Positions 47,747 to 60,954 of a stretch of DNA of 64,000 bases are shown here, in pieces. Position 1 is the stretch's first letter. Every line of letters starts with the position of its first letter. Under the pieces are notes generated by a model, which saw nothing but the letters and a program-made list of their open reading frames with translations, did not search any database and was not told the DNA's origin. The stretch lies in the NCBI GenBank assembly GCA_049322915.1, contig JBMOPW010000002.1:32001-96000 (forward strand), written 5' to 3'. The position numbers and the translations under genes are program-made. The stretch is from Candidatus Zhuqueibacterota bacterium (GTDB lineage Bacteria; Zhuqueibacterota; Zhuqueibacteria; Thermofontimicrobiales; Thermofontimicrobiaceae).

Positions 47747-50482
47747 TTATTTTTCAACCGGGCCGGCAATGACCGTTGCGTTGGCTTTCTTGAAATTGAA
47801 ATACGTATTCATGAGCCTGTCCAGACTTTCTTTGGTCACGCTGTTGATTTTGCCGGGGTAGGAGTCCAGATAATCGTAGCCGAGGCCATTCACTTTCATG
47901 TCCAGAACCTGGCCGGCAATCTGCGAATTGGTGTCCACGGAACGGAAGGTTGAGCCGATGAGGTAATTTTTGGCCAGAGTGAGCTCTTCGTCCGTTGGTT
48001 TTTCGGTGAACAGGCGATTCAGTTCGTAATCGGTATTGATGATGCAACTGTCGATGGTGGCTTTGGCAGTGCGTACCGAAGCGACCCAGTGTCCGCCGTT
48101 TTTAAAGCTGCGGAAACCGCTCGTGGCGCCGTATGTCCAGCCGTGCTGGACGCGCAAATTGCGACCCAATCGGCTGCTGAGGGTTGATCCGCCAAAAATA
48201 TAATTCAGCACCTGAAGCGGCACATAATCCGGATTGCTGTAGGTGACGCCGGGGAATCCGTAGAAGACGTCGCCCTGGGCTTTTTCCATCATGGAAACGA
48301 CGCTGCGATGCGATCCTTCCAGCGGCGGTACCGGCGGGATGGCCAGTTCCGGGGATTTCGTACCGGCCTTCCAGTTCCCGAATTTGGCTTTGATCAACTT
48401 TTCAGCTTCGGACAGATTGATGTCGCCGACCAGCACGATCGTTGTCTGTTCCGGTCGGTAATAGTTCGCCCAAAATGTTTTGCAATCGTCCAGCGAAAGA
48501 TTGGCCAACGTGGTTTCATTGCCGGCGCTCTCCTTGCTGTACGGATGATTGGGATACATAATTTTTCGGAAGGCAACATCCGCCACGCTCCGTGCATTTT
48601 TCATCCGCTGCTTGGCTGACGCCACGGCCTGCTGCTTTTCGATCTCAAAGCCATCCTGGGGAAATGAGGGCTTCTGCAGCATGTCGGCGAGAATGGAGAC
48701 AGTGACATCGATGTCCTTTTTCAGGCAGTGAGCCATGAACGACGCGTTTTCCATCCCGGCGCCGATTTCGACGGATGCATTCACGAACTCCAGCGTCTCA
48801 TTGATCTGGTCGTAGCTGCGGGTTGCAGTGCCGCGCCGCATGGTGTTTGCAGTCAATGACGACAATCCCATTTTATCCCAGGGATCATACACGCCGCCGG
48901 CAGTGATGGAGCCGGAGATTGAGACAATCGGCAGTATCTTATTTTCCAGAACGACGAGGGTTATACCATTGCTCAATTTTTTCTCCTTGATCCTCGGCGC
49001 CAGTGGATTAATTTTGATATCGCCAACGGATTGCCCGGATTCGGCCGGCGGAAAGTAGAAATTCATGTCGCCGAACATGGATTCCAACTGATGCTCCGGC
49101 TCTGTCATGCCGTAAAATGTAGTGCGCTGACTGTTGGACGAATGCCCGGCAGCCGCTTCAGATTTGGCGGGAAACAATCGGCCAATGGTCAGGTTGTTCG
49201 GCCGGAAATATTTTTTCGCCACCGCCAGCAGTCCCTCTTTGGTGACTTTCTGAATGGCTTCCAGCTCTTCATCCACATAGTTGTAGGATTTGTACAGTTG
49301 ATATTGCCCAATGGTGAACGCCTGATTCATCGTGCCTTCCTGATCGTAGATCGTGGAAGCCAGCGTGCGGTTTTTCGCCTTCTCCAGTTCCAGGTCAGTG
49401 ACCGGCTCTTCGACGACTTTTCGGATTTCTTCATTGAGTGCGTTCTCGGCTGCAGAGAGTTCCACGCCGGGCATCACGTTCACTGAGAAACTGAAAAGGT
49501 TGGGCAGCTTGCTCAATTCCGCAAAGCCGGATGCCGAAGAAGCCAGTCGCGCTTCGACCAACGCCTTTTCCAGCCGGCTGGTGCGTCCGCTGGAGAGTAT
49601 CTGGGACAGAACGATCAACTCCGCATGTTCGCCGCAACCGAACTCCGGAATATGATACCGATAGGTGAGCACCGGCAGATTGGTTTTCTCGGAATAGCTT
49701 TCGACGATGCGGGTCGAATTCTGCGCAGGCTCCGCTGTCTTCACCGGGGGCACTTCAGGTCCCCGCGGGATGGCGCCGAAATATTGCTTGACCATGTCGA
49801 TGGCTTCGGCAGCATCGATATCGCCGGCAATTACAATGAACGCATTGTTGGGCGTGTAAAATGTTTTGTAGTAATTGTGCACATCCTCGTACGTCATGGT
49901 CTGCAAGTCCGTCATCCAGCCGACCACCGACCAGTGGTAGGGAGAAGCCAGATGGGCGACCGCGCTCACTTCTTCGTCCCAGAGTCCGGTAGGCTGATCT
50001 TCCAGCGTCTGGCGCCGTTCGTTTTGAATGACAATGATTTCGCTCTCGAAATCCTCTTTGGCCATTTTGGAATTGGCCATTCGGTCGGATTCGATGCGCA
50101 TGGCAATGTCCAGCTTGTTTTTGGGCATGATTTCAAAATACACAGTCATGTCATTTGCAGTGCCGGCGTTGAATGTGCCGCCATTGCCCTGAACCATTTC
50201 CATCATCTGGTCGCGGCTCATGGTTGGCGTGCCTTTGAACATCATGTGCTCGCACACATGACTGATGCCGGTGATGCCGGTGCGCTCGTTTTTTGAGCCG
50301 ACCTGATACCACACGGTGAACGCAACGATGGGCGATGTGCGAATTTCCTTGATCAGCACCTTGAGCCCGTTTTCCAGCGTGACCTCTTTAATATCTTCTG
50401 TTTTGGCTAACAGCATCGAATGGAATGCCATCAATGTCACTAACAGAAGAACTGCTATCAAGCGATGGGTCGTTTGCCGCAT
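47747..50482 (-). CDS. M16 (pitrilysin/insulinase) zinc peptidase, exported
   Basis: Signal peptide, HVCEHMMFKG (HxxEH) and a duplicated M16 architecture. GGAGG RBS. Confidence 0.92.
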   Translation of the reverse strand: MRQTTHRLIAVLLLVTLMAFHSMLLAKTEDIKEVTLENGLKVLIKEIRTSPIVAFTVWYQVGSKNERTGITGISHVCEHMMFKGTPTMSRDQMMEMVQGNGGTFNAGTANDMTVYFEIMPKNKLDIAMRIESDRMANSKMAKEDFESEIIVIQNERRQTLEDQPTGLWDEEVSAVAHLASPYHWSVVGWMTDLQTMTYEDVHNYYKTFYTPNNAFIVIAGDIDAAEAIDMVKQYFGAIPRGPEVPPVKTAEPAQNSTRIVESYSEKTNLPVLTYRYHIPEFGCGEHAELIVLSQILSSGRTSRLEKALVEARLASSASGFAELSKLPNLFSFSVNVMPGVELSAAENALNEEIRKVVEEPVTDLELEKAKNRTLASTIYDQEGTMNQAFTIGQYQLYKSYNYVDEELEAIQKVTKEGLLAVAKKYFRPNNLTIGRLFPAKSEAAAGHSSNSQRTTFYGMTEPEHQLESMFGDMNFYFPPAESGQSVGDIKINPLAPRIKEKKLSNGITLVVLENKILPIVSISGSITAGGVYDPWDKMGLSSLTANTMRRGTATRSYDQINETLEFVNASVEIGAGMENASFMAHCLKKDIDVTVSILADMLQKPSFPQDGFEIEKQQAVASAKQRMKNARSVADVAFRKIMYPNHPYSKESAGNETTLANLSLDDCKTFWANYYRPEQTTIVLVGDINLSEAEKLIKAKFGNWKAGTKSPELAIPPVPPLEGSHRSVVSMMEKAQGDVFYGFPGVTYSNPDYVPLQVLNYIFGGSTLSSRLGRNLRVQHGWTYGATSGFRSFKNGGHWVASVRTAKATIDSCIINTDYELNRLFTEKPTDEELTLAKNYLIGSTFRSVDTNSQIAGQVLDMKVNGLGYDYLDSYPGKINSVTKESLDRLMNTYFNFKKANATVIAGPVEK

Positions 50483-50956
50483 ATTACCTCCTGAGATTGG
50501 GTTGGAGTGAATGGTGAATTTTAATTTCGTGGTGAATGTTCGTAAGGTTGAGATGTCGTCTAAAGATAATAATTTATTCGGAAAAAACAATAGAAAAGAA
50601 TGAAGACGCCCGGCAGAAGAGAATATTCCACTTCGTTGTCGAATATTCTACAATGGCCCAGGGGAATGAAAATCCGGCACTCGCCCGAGTGCCCGGGAAA
50701 TGCGGTTGAATCGGCCGGCGACGGGCAGTGACGGATGGTACGAAATTTGAACTATCCCGAGGATACGTCAGTTCAACCGTTTGACTGCGATGGAGAGTGA
50801 ACGTATGATGTTGGTGTCGCTCCGCAGCATCAGCTACAACAGATGGAGCGCCGGAACTGCCCGGTCTTATTCGCTGTCGAATAAATAAAACAGGGCATTC
50901 GGATGACGCCGGTTCGCCGGCAAATTACCGATGCAAACAAAGGATGGAAAAAGACA

Positions 50957-53578
<2,622 letters not shown>

Positions 53579-53806
53579 TCCCGGCGCTTTCATCTGACTC
53601 TTCTTTATTGCGCGCCGGCCGTCAGAATTTCAGCTTGACTTTTTCAGAAGGTTAGTTTATATTTTTACATGAAATAGCAAGCGCCTGATGAAAACCGGTC
53701 GTCAGGTGGTTCCGAATCGGAATTGGCGCTGCGCCGCTGAAAAAGTCCTCTGCCACGGAATCCATGGCGCGAGGCGGTGCGATTACTAAAAAGGAGGCTG
53801 TCGCGA

Positions 53807-54499
53807 ATGGTGGAGACAGAACGATCAACAATAGACGTTCAACAATTTTTAGCATCGACCTTTCTCTTTCAGGATTTGTCTGAGGAACAACTGACGGTTG
53901 TGGAGCAGGCGGCGTCCGTCAAGAATATTCCCAAAGGCAGCCATTTGTTTTCAGACGGACAGCCAGCCACGGCTTTTTTCATCGTGGTGACCGGACGATT
54001 GAAAATTTACAAACTCTCTACCGAGGGAAACGAACAAATCCTTCATGTCCAGAATGACAATGATCTGATCGCCGAGGCCGTTATTTTTGATTTTGACACC
54101 TACCCGGCCTATTGCCAGGCGCTGGAAGACGCAACGCTCATCCGCATTTCCAGGACCGATTTCATCGACATGCTGCACCGTTTTCCTGAAATCTGCTTTC
54201 GTATCATGGGCGCTTACTCGCGTCGATTGCGGCTGCTGGTTTCCAAGATCGAGGAAATCTCGCTGCACGACATCAAATCGCGAGTGGCCAATTATTTGAT
54301 GAATCACAGCCAGGTTCAGGATAACCGGTGGCTTTGCACGCTCACGCTCACAAAGAAAGATCTGGCCTCGATGCTGGGGACTATTCCCGAGACACTATCG
54401 AGGACGTTGCATTTCTTCAAACAGCAGAAGTTGATTGAAGAGAAAAAAAACACAATTGTCATTTTGAACAGAGAGAAATTGAAATCTCTGTGTCTGTGA
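53807..54499 (+). CDS. Crp/Fnr-family regulator (HcpR/Dnr-like)
   Basis: cNMP-like domain and HTH LASMLGTIPETLSR. AGGAGG RBS. Confidence 0.9.
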   Translation: MVETERSTIDVQQFLASTFLFQDLSEEQLTVVEQAASVKNIPKGSHLFSDGQPATAFFIVVTGRLKIYKLSTEGNEQILHVQNDNDLIAEAVIFDFDTYPAYCQALEDATLIRISRTDFIDMLHRFPEICFRIMGAYSRRLRLLVSKIEEISLHDIKSRVANYLMNHSQVQDNRWLCTLTLTKKDLASMLGTIPETLSRTLHFFKQQKLIEEKKNTIVILNREKLKSLCL

Positions 54500-54636
54500 T
54501 GTTTCCCCATGGCCGGATTCCGGCGAAGGAAACTTCCGAACAAGACATAGAACGCTGAATAGTGACGATTATAAAAATCCATGTTAGAAATTTAAGTGCA
54601 ATCTATCCAGGCCTCCGCGAAAAATGCTCCGCCTCC

Positions 54637-54650
54637 TTGACTTTTGTCAA
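54637..54650. promoter_or_regulatory. FNR-type binding site
   Basis: TTGAC-TTTT-GTCAA palindrome between the regulator and the Fe-S gene. Confidence 0.7.
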
Positions 54651-54733
54651 TGGTAACTCCGTCCTGCCTGTGTATATTCCTCTCAAAACGAGCAATAAAT
54701 CATTTCATACGAATGAACCGGAGGTATTTGACC

Positions 54734-55522
54734 ATGAAGCGAAAAATAATAACGATCGATGAAGCGCTGTGCAACGGCTGCGGCAACTGCATTGTGGGCT
54801 GTTCCGAGGGTGCGCTGGCGCTGGTGAATGGCAAGGCGAAACTTGTCAGGGAAAACTACTGCGATGGATTTGGCGACTGTGTGGGTGCATGTCCCACCGG
54901 AGCACTGGTGATTGTCGAGCGGGAAGCGGAGGATTTTAACGAGACCGCGGTGAAAGAGCATCTGCTGGAAACCCAGGGCATCGAAGCGGTGTGGCGCATG
55001 GAAGAGGCGCAGGAAAAACATCACGCACATCACGCAGCCGAAGAAATTCATCTGGGCTGCCCCGGTTCGCGCGCGCGGGAAATGGCCAAGTCCGCGCCGT
55101 CAACGCCAGCGACCGCCATGACCGGCGCCCCGGTGATGCCGTCGGAATTGACGCATTGGCCGGTGCAGATCCATCTCGTTCAACCCGGCGCGACCTTTTT
55201 CCGCAACAAAGAACTGGTCGTGATGAGCACCTGTGGCCCGCTGGCCTCTGCAGATGTCCACTGGCGCTATCTGCGGGGACGGAGCGTTGTTGTCGGCTGC
55301 CCCAAACTGGATGACACGCGGAACTACGCAGCAAAACTGGGCCAGATATTGGCTGATTCCACCATTCCGAAAGTCATCATCGCGCGGATGGAGGTGCCCT
55401 GCTGCGGCGGATTGACCATGATCGTGAAACAGGCGGTGCAGCTTTCCGGGCGTGGCAATCTGGTCATGCAGGAAGACGTACTCGGCATTAACGGCGCCAT
55501 TTTATCCAGCCGACTGGAGTGA
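54734..55522 (+). CDS. 4Fe-4S ferredoxin-domain protein (FrdX-like)
   Basis: CNGCGNC...C, CDGFGDC...CP, GCPGS, HWPVQ, GCPKLD and MEVPCC. Confidence 0.88.
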   Translation: MKRKIITIDEALCNGCGNCIVGCSEGALALVNGKAKLVRENYCDGFGDCVGACPTGALVIVEREAEDFNETAVKEHLLETQGIEAVWRMEEAQEKHHAHHAAEEIHLGCPGSRAREMAKSAPSTPATAMTGAPVMPSELTHWPVQIHLVQPGATFFRNKELVVMSTCGPLASADVHWRYLRGRSVVVGCPKLDDTRNYAAKLGQILADSTIPKVIIARMEVPCCGGLTMIVKQAVQLSGRGNLVMQEDVLGINGAILSSRLE

Positions 55523-55628
55523 TGCGCCTTTGTCCGAATACGGTGCAGCTTCGTTGACGATAATCAGAAAAATGCGATGGGAACTTTGATGACATAAAAT
55601 GATTTAATAGAAAAACATAAATGAAATT

Positions 55629-55856
55629 GTAACTGCTGCTCAGGTTCCAGGTTTCAAGGTTCATCGTTCCGGGTTAAAGAGAATTTTCGTCGCTATCAGG
55701 CATGTCGTCTTGCCACGAAGTCGCCAGGCCACAAAGCTGAGCCTTTAGCTAATTGAAAATCTGAATGTTGACTCAAATTCTGAGCAAGTTCATGAATAAT
55801 TCAGGTTAGATGAATTTTTTTCTTCGTGCCTTTGAGACTTGTGGCTGAGCAGTAAC
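55629..55856. repeat. Family C inverted-repeat element containing a family B right-end fragment (55744-55808)
   Basis: GTAACTG..CTCAG...GTGGCTGAGCAGTAAC ends. First ~100 bp match 58919 onward. Internal 65 bp match the right end of 47499-47665. Confidence 0.75.
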
Positions 55857-55883
55857 TTGAAATTGTAAATGAGAGGCGTAATT

Positions 55884-56708
55884 ATGCACAAAGACGAGAT
55901 GATCGATTTTCAGCGGGACGTCATCGACGCCAGTTTCAAAACCCCCATCGTGATCGACTTCTGGGCTGAATGGTGCGGACCCTGCCGCATTTTAGGGCCG
56001 GTATTGGAGCGGTTAGCTGCCCGCGCGAACGGCGCGTGGAAGCTGGTGAAAATCAATACAGAACTGCAAGCTGACATTGCCATGCAGTTCGACATCAGCA
56101 GCATTCCGGCGGTCAAATTGGTTTACAAAGCTGAAGTTATCAGCGAGTTCGTTGGCGCGTTGCCGGAGAATCAGATCGTTCAATGGCTGGAAAAAAACAT
56201 CCCCAACGAATCCAAAGATCTGGTGGAGAGCGCCAAACTTGCCTGGCGCGCCAATGACCCGAAAAAGGCCATCAAGCTGTTGAGTCAGGCGATTGAACTG
56301 GATGAAGAGAATATCGAAGCCAGAGTGATGCTTGCGAAAGCGCTGTTCGTAAAAGAGCAGGAGAAGGCGCTGCAACTGGTGGACACGATCCAGGAGGGCA
56401 GCCCATTTTTCGAAGATGTCGCCAGCATGCGGGCGCTGCTCCGACTGACGACGGAGTATGCGGCCATCAAAGCGCTCGCAGCAAAGCATGACACCCCGGC
56501 CTGGAGGGATTATCTCAAAGGAATTGATGCCTATCTGAAGATGGATTTCGAAACCGCGCTGGAATGGTGGATCGATTCAATCATTGTGGATCGAACCATC
56601 GATGATGATGGCGCGCGCAAAGCCTGCGTGGCGCTGTTCAGGCAGTTAGGGCGCGAACATGAAATCACGCAAAAATTTCACCGGCGATTTTCCTCGGCAT
56701 TGTATTGA
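55884..56708 (+). CDS. Thioredoxin + TPR protein (YbbN/CnoX-like)
   Basis: DFWAEWCGPC, TPR-like helices and C-terminal RRFSSALY. Confidence 0.9.
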   Translation: MHKDEMIDFQRDVIDASFKTPIVIDFWAEWCGPCRILGPVLERLAARANGAWKLVKINTELQADIAMQFDISSIPAVKLVYKAEVISEFVGALPENQIVQWLEKNIPNESKDLVESAKLAWRANDPKKAIKLLSQAIELDEENIEARVMLAKALFVKEQEKALQLVDTIQEGSPFFEDVASMRALLRLTTEYAAIKALAAKHDTPAWRDYLKGIDAYLKMDFETALEWWIDSIIVDRTIDDDGARKACVALFRQLGREHEITQKFHRRFSSALY

Positions 56709-56807
56709 AATCGATCGGGCGCCGGCCCAAATCGAACGGATGAAATCGCAATGGCCGGATGCATCGCCTGCGGCAACTCATTTTGAACAGACTGTGACAA
56801 CACCATC

Positions 56808-56842
56808 ACCTCCTGAGAAGGACTTTTTCAGGAGGTTTTTTT
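56808..56842 (+). terminator. Intrinsic terminator
   Basis: ACCTCCTGA...TCAGGAGGTTTTTTT between convergent genes. Confidence 0.75.
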
Positions 56843-56891
56843 ATTGGGGCTGGTGCGCAAGTTGCGCTGTCGGAAGCATCCGGCGCGGGAT

Positions 56892-58067
56892 TTATTTTAT
56901 GAGCGCCTGAATAGCGTGCAGAGACTCTTCGATCTCTTCTTCGGTGTTATAAAAATGGGGTGAAAATCGAAGCAGGCCTTCGCGCAGGGAGATGAAAATT
57001 TTTCCGGAAGTGAGGCCATCGAACACGCGCTGGGGATTCGCTGCCTGGGGCAGCTTGAGTGTGACGATGCCGGCGCGGTCATTGGGCGAGACAGGCGAGT
57101 ACAGCGTCGCGCCATCCATGCTGAGAATGCCCCTGGTCAGCTTTTGGGTCAATGCAGCGATGTGGCGTTCGATCCCATCGATGCCGAATTCCAGCAGCGT
57201 TTTGAGCGCCGCTTCCAGTCCCCACAAACCTGGAATATTTGCCGTCCCGCCTTCGTATCGGTTCGCTGCCGGCGATAACGATTGGTCGTAGTTGAAGAAA
57301 TCCCACGGTTCAGCTACAGACAGCCAGCCGAGATATTGCTGATGAATTCGCTGTTGCAGCGCTTCGGTGAGATAGAGAAATCCGGTGCCCTTGGGTCCCA
57401 TTTGCCACTTCTGGCAACCGGCAGCCAGTCCGTCGATGCGCATAGCCTGCACATCGATGTTCACAGCGCCGACCGCCTGAATGCCATCGACAAAAAACAA
57501 TATCCCTTTGTCCCTGCACAACGTCCCGACATTGGCCAGATCGGCGCGATAGCCGGAGAGAAATTGGACCGCGCTCAACGACACGAGTCGGGTGGCCGGC
57601 GTGATGGCCGCTTCAATCTTCTCCGCCGGAATCGTCCCGTTTTCGGATTTCACAAAATCGATGTCAACGCCAAAGCGGTGAAGGTTCAGGAACGGGTAGA
57701 CATTGGCGGGAAATTCCAGGTCATTGAGCAACACGCGATCACCTTTTTGCCAGGGCAGCCCGGAAACGACAATGTTGATGGCGTCGGATGTGTTGCCGGT
57801 CAGCGCGATCCTGTGCCGGGATTCCGCGTGAATGAGCACGTGAATCAGGGACTTGGTCGATTTGATGATGCTGGTATAGGTCGTGTCGTTGATGTCGCCG
57901 CAGCAGCGTTCATTCAGATGATGCATCATTGCGTCGACCACCCGCTGCGACTGGGGGCTGAGTGACGCATGGTTGAGGTAAATCATGCCGTTTTGAGTAT
58001 GCGGGAACAGCGCCCGCGCGCGGGCTATTATTTCCGGTGAAAACGTTTTTGCTGAATCGGAGAGCAT
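56892..58067 (-). CDS. Class V PLP aminotransferase (cysteine desulfurase-like fold)
   Basis: YLNHAS, EFPAN, VDGIQ, QKWQMGP and RFSPHFYN. Confidence 0.88.
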   Translation of the reverse strand: MLSDSAKTFSPEIIARARALFPHTQNGMIYLNHASLSPQSQRVVDAMMHHLNERCCGDINDTTYTSIIKSTKSLIHVLIHAESRHRIALTGNTSDAINIVVSGLPWQKGDRVLLNDLEFPANVYPFLNLHRFGVDIDFVKSENGTIPAEKIEAAITPATRLVSLSAVQFLSGYRADLANVGTLCRDKGILFFVDGIQAVGAVNIDVQAMRIDGLAAGCQKWQMGPKGTGFLYLTEALQQRIHQQYLGWLSVAEPWDFFNYDQSLSPAANRYEGGTANIPGLWGLEAALKTLLEFGIDGIERHIAALTQKLTRGILSMDGATLYSPVSPNDRAGIVTLKLPQAANPQRVFDGLTSGKIFISLREGLLRFSPHFYNTEEEIEESLHAIQALIK

Positions 58068-58182
58068 CAGTATTCCTGGCTAAGAGTGAAAAAATCCTGT
58101 CCTGTGGCTGCGCCGGCAGCCCCAAACAGGTTGACGGATTGGTCAACTTCTTAATGAATGAGGTAGAGTCGAAAAAGCCTGC

Positions 58183-58857
58183 TCACACGCTCGCGCCGGA
58201 AGGGGCAGTCAGTCGGACTCCCAATTGATACGTTTCATCCAGCACCTGTTGATTGCGCAGGAAATCCTCGTCGACCAGATGCTGCGGGATATTCATCTTC
58301 TCGTAAACGAGCCGCAGCCGATTTTTGTCCATGGTGATCTGATTGGGAATGGCTAACCGTGTCGCGCAGATGGTTGACAGCGTGTTCTCTGTGCCCAATT
58401 CAAAACAGATGAATTTGAATAGATCGAGGATAGGCAGCGAGTCGTGTTTCAGCGGTGAACCCAGCGTGAGCAGAAGGACGAAATTTTTATGCCACTTCAC
58501 CCACGGCGTATGTTTCAATCCATCTTCCAGGATTTGAACATGCACGAAGGAGCGAAATCGGTCCACAACTTTTTTGAGTTGCGATGGCATGTGGTGAAAA
58601 TAGATGGGTGTAGCAAAAATAATCGTAGTGGCGTCAAGAATTTTTTGGCTGACCACAGGCCAAGCGTCCTTATCCTGAGCGCACTTCTTCAAATGATTGC
58701 AGCGCAGACATCCGATGCAGGGTTCCAGATTCAGTTCATCCACTTTGATGATCTCGGCCGCCTCGCCATTGGTTTTGGCGCCGGTGATGAAAGATTTGAG
58801 CAGGATAGAGCTATTGCTATTTTTTCTCGGACTTCCATTAAATGCTAAAATGGACAT
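58183..58857 (-). CDS. Iron-sulfur flavoprotein / flavodoxin family
   Basis: NGSPRKNSNS, CIGCLRC....C and ATPIY. Confidence 0.88.
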   Translation of the reverse strand: MSILAFNGSPRKNSNSSILLKSFITGAKTNGEAAEIIKVDELNLEPCIGCLRCNHLKKCAQDKDAWPVVSQKILDATTIIFATPIYFHHMPSQLKKVVDRFRSFVHVQILEDGLKHTPWVKWHKNFVLLLTLGSPLKHDSLPILDLFKFICFELGTENTLSTICATRLAIPNQITMDKNRLRLVYEKMNIPQHLVDEDFLRNQQVLDETYQLGVRLTAPSGASV

Positions 58858-58918
58858 GTATTTCTCCCAAACCTGATCGGAGCATTGACTGCCAATCAGG
58901 CTAATTGTTGTTATGTTT

Positions 58919-59111
58919 TAACTAGTACTCAGGTTCCAGGTTTAAAGGTTCCCGGTTCCGGGTTAAAGAGAATTTTCGTCGCTATCCAGGCATGTAGATT
59001 CGCCGCGAAGTCACCAATCCGCAAAGTTACACGAAGATGTCATTTTATTCGTTCTTGTTTTGTGCAATTCATTTTTTTAAACCACGTTCAGCTTTGTGGC
59101 TGAGCAGTTAC
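58919..59111. repeat. Family C inverted-repeat element, copy 2
   Basis: TAACTAGTACTCAGGTTCCAGG...CTTTGTGGCTGAGCAGTTAC. Confidence 0.75.
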
Positions 59112-59208
59112 GCGCAACGCTCAGATGAAATTAAAGCTGTCGCGCCGCATGATGGCCGGCGCTCTGGCAGCGGCGACGGGCAGGTCGAATTCGGATGAAT
59201 GCAAGCGC

Positions 59209-59595
59209 TCATCCCCCGGTCGGCATGAACAGCATCACGACGTTTCGTTCCGAATCGAAGATCCAGGCGTGCTTGCCCCAGGCAGTTGTCAAAATATTGG
59301 ACTCCCCGGACATCCCCTGTTTGATGTGGTTGGGGACGAAAAATTCAACGTGATTCGCAGCGAGATTCTCGACGAATTGCTCCATGTCCTTGTCGACCAG
59401 CAGAATGAGGCCGTTGGATGATCCTTCCGTGCCCAGCCAGATGATGGCATTCTCAATTTTCATGGCCGCCCAGGAATTCTCATCGGTTTCATCCAGTTTG
59501 CCCAGCAGGCTGAAGCCAAAATGGCGCTGGTAAAATTGGATGGCGCGATCGATATCTTCGGCAAAAAGATGAAAGTTGGCCTGAATTCTGTTCAT
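59209..59595 (-). CDS. VOC / glyoxalase family protein
   Basis: DIDRAIQFYQRHFGF and WG...IFDSERN pattern. Confidence 0.8.
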   Translation of the reverse strand: MNRIQANFHLFAEDIDRAIQFYQRHFGFSLLGKLDETDENSWAAMKIENAIIWLGTEGSSNGLILLVDKDMEQFVENLAANHVEFFVPNHIKQGMSGESNILTTAWGKHAWIFDSERNVVMLFMPTGG

Positions 59596-59891
59596 ACGTA
59601 GCTCCCAGGTTGCGATTTGATGTTGTGAACGAATTTGAATCCGACGCAGAATGATATGATGCTCGCAGTGATTTCAAATAGTAACTTCATTGGCCCAAAG
59701 TCCGGCCCGAATGAACTGTATTTCCAAAACAATCCCGGCGAAAATGCGGCGGCGCGGGCCATTCGGGCGATTTTAAAAAACCTGCAAATATACGAATTTA
59801 TTTTCAATAAATCAATCTGAAAAATGAACTCGTCGGCATTGTCGAACGCTCCGCTTTCCGATAGCGAGGCTAACACACTATCGCGAGTTGC

Positions 59892-60866
59892 TCAGAATTC
59901 CATGTTGGGCGTGAATAGCCATACGAGCTGGTTCGAATAGGACGCCTCAAATCCTCCGGCAGTGTGATCGTAGCGCCGAAGCGATTCCCATTTCACCCCG
60001 GCTCCTATCACGAGAAATGCCGTCCGTTCGCCCAGCCTGACCGGAAATTTCTTGGCAATGCTCACCATTTGAAACGAGGCAGGAGTCTCGGTGTCCTCAT
60101 GTTGCAGCGGTAATTTAGCCTGGTATTTGAGAATTGAATTTTTGAGAAGAGAAAAACCGGTTGTCTGATAGTCGGTGCTGTTTCGTTCCAATGAGACCGT
60201 CAGGGCGTTGCTCAGAAAGCAGTCTTGGTACACCTTTGTGCCGATCCGAAAATTCCAGAACAGTCGTTGTTGTGGTGATTGAGAAATGCCGATGAGCATC
60301 AATTCAGCCTGGTACCAGCGACCGATGAGATAGATATTGTTATGAATGAAATGGTTGCCTCCGGACAGCAGAAATCCGGCCAGCGCTGAACCGGCATTTC
60401 TGGCGTGAGTTAGGTCAGCGTCGGATTCGCGGTAGGCCAGCCGGATAATATTGCCCAGGAAGAGCGACATGGCATACGGCTCCTCATTTCCGGACCCTAA
60501 CGTGCGAAGCCCATTGATACTCCCGTAAATCTGGAATCGCCGGTACCAGTTGTAATGGCTCGTTTCCCAATGACTGCTCCACGCGGAGAACGGGTAGAGC
60601 GTGGCTTGAATCAAAAAATATTTAGGCAGGAACAGGCGCTTCAGCAACTCGGCGTAAATGGCTCGTTCCCGACCGGATTCCATGATGCGGGGGCGCTGCA
60701 AGCCCAGGTACAGCGAGCTGTACGGTTTGTACAAATCGAATGTGGCCTGACATCGAACGTAGACGCTTCCCACGCGGCTTTCCCTGGAAAGACTCTGAGC
60801 GGAGCCTCTCCCCGGGACGAACAGGAATAGGATAATGGCTAACAAAACTCTGCGTTGTATTTTCAT
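59892..60866 (-). CDS. Exported hypothetical protein (possible outer-membrane protein)
   Basis: Signal peptide, aromatic-rich strands and terminal Phe. Confidence 0.65.
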   Translation of the reverse strand: MKIQRRVLLAIILFLFVPGRGSAQSLSRESRVGSVYVRCQATFDLYKPYSSLYLGLQRPRIMESGRERAIYAELLKRLFLPKYFLIQATLYPFSAWSSHWETSHYNWYRRFQIYGSINGLRTLGSGNEEPYAMSLFLGNIIRLAYRESDADLTHARNAGSALAGFLLSGGNHFIHNNIYLIGRWYQAELMLIGISQSPQQRLFWNFRIGTKVYQDCFLSNALTVSLERNSTDYQTTGFSLLKNSILKYQAKLPLQHEDTETPASFQMVSIAKKFPVRLGERTAFLVIGAGVKWESLRRYDHTAGGFEASYSNQLVWLFTPNMEF

Positions 60867-60954
60867 CGAACCCTATTTTGGATTGATCATCAAATATTTA
60901 CCCTCGAATCCCAAATTTAACAGTGCGTTCGTCAACTGAGCAGCGGCGCAGTAA

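Noticed and set aside
50746..50776. TATCC-CGA-GGATA palindrome as a CsoR/CueR operator for copA
   Set aside because: Short, about 200 bp from the start, a poor fit to known consensus, and no cognate regulator in the window.
53682..53725. CTGATGA suggesting a hammerhead ribozyme
   Set aside because: No correctly placed GAAA or three-stem junction. It folds as a simple hairpin.
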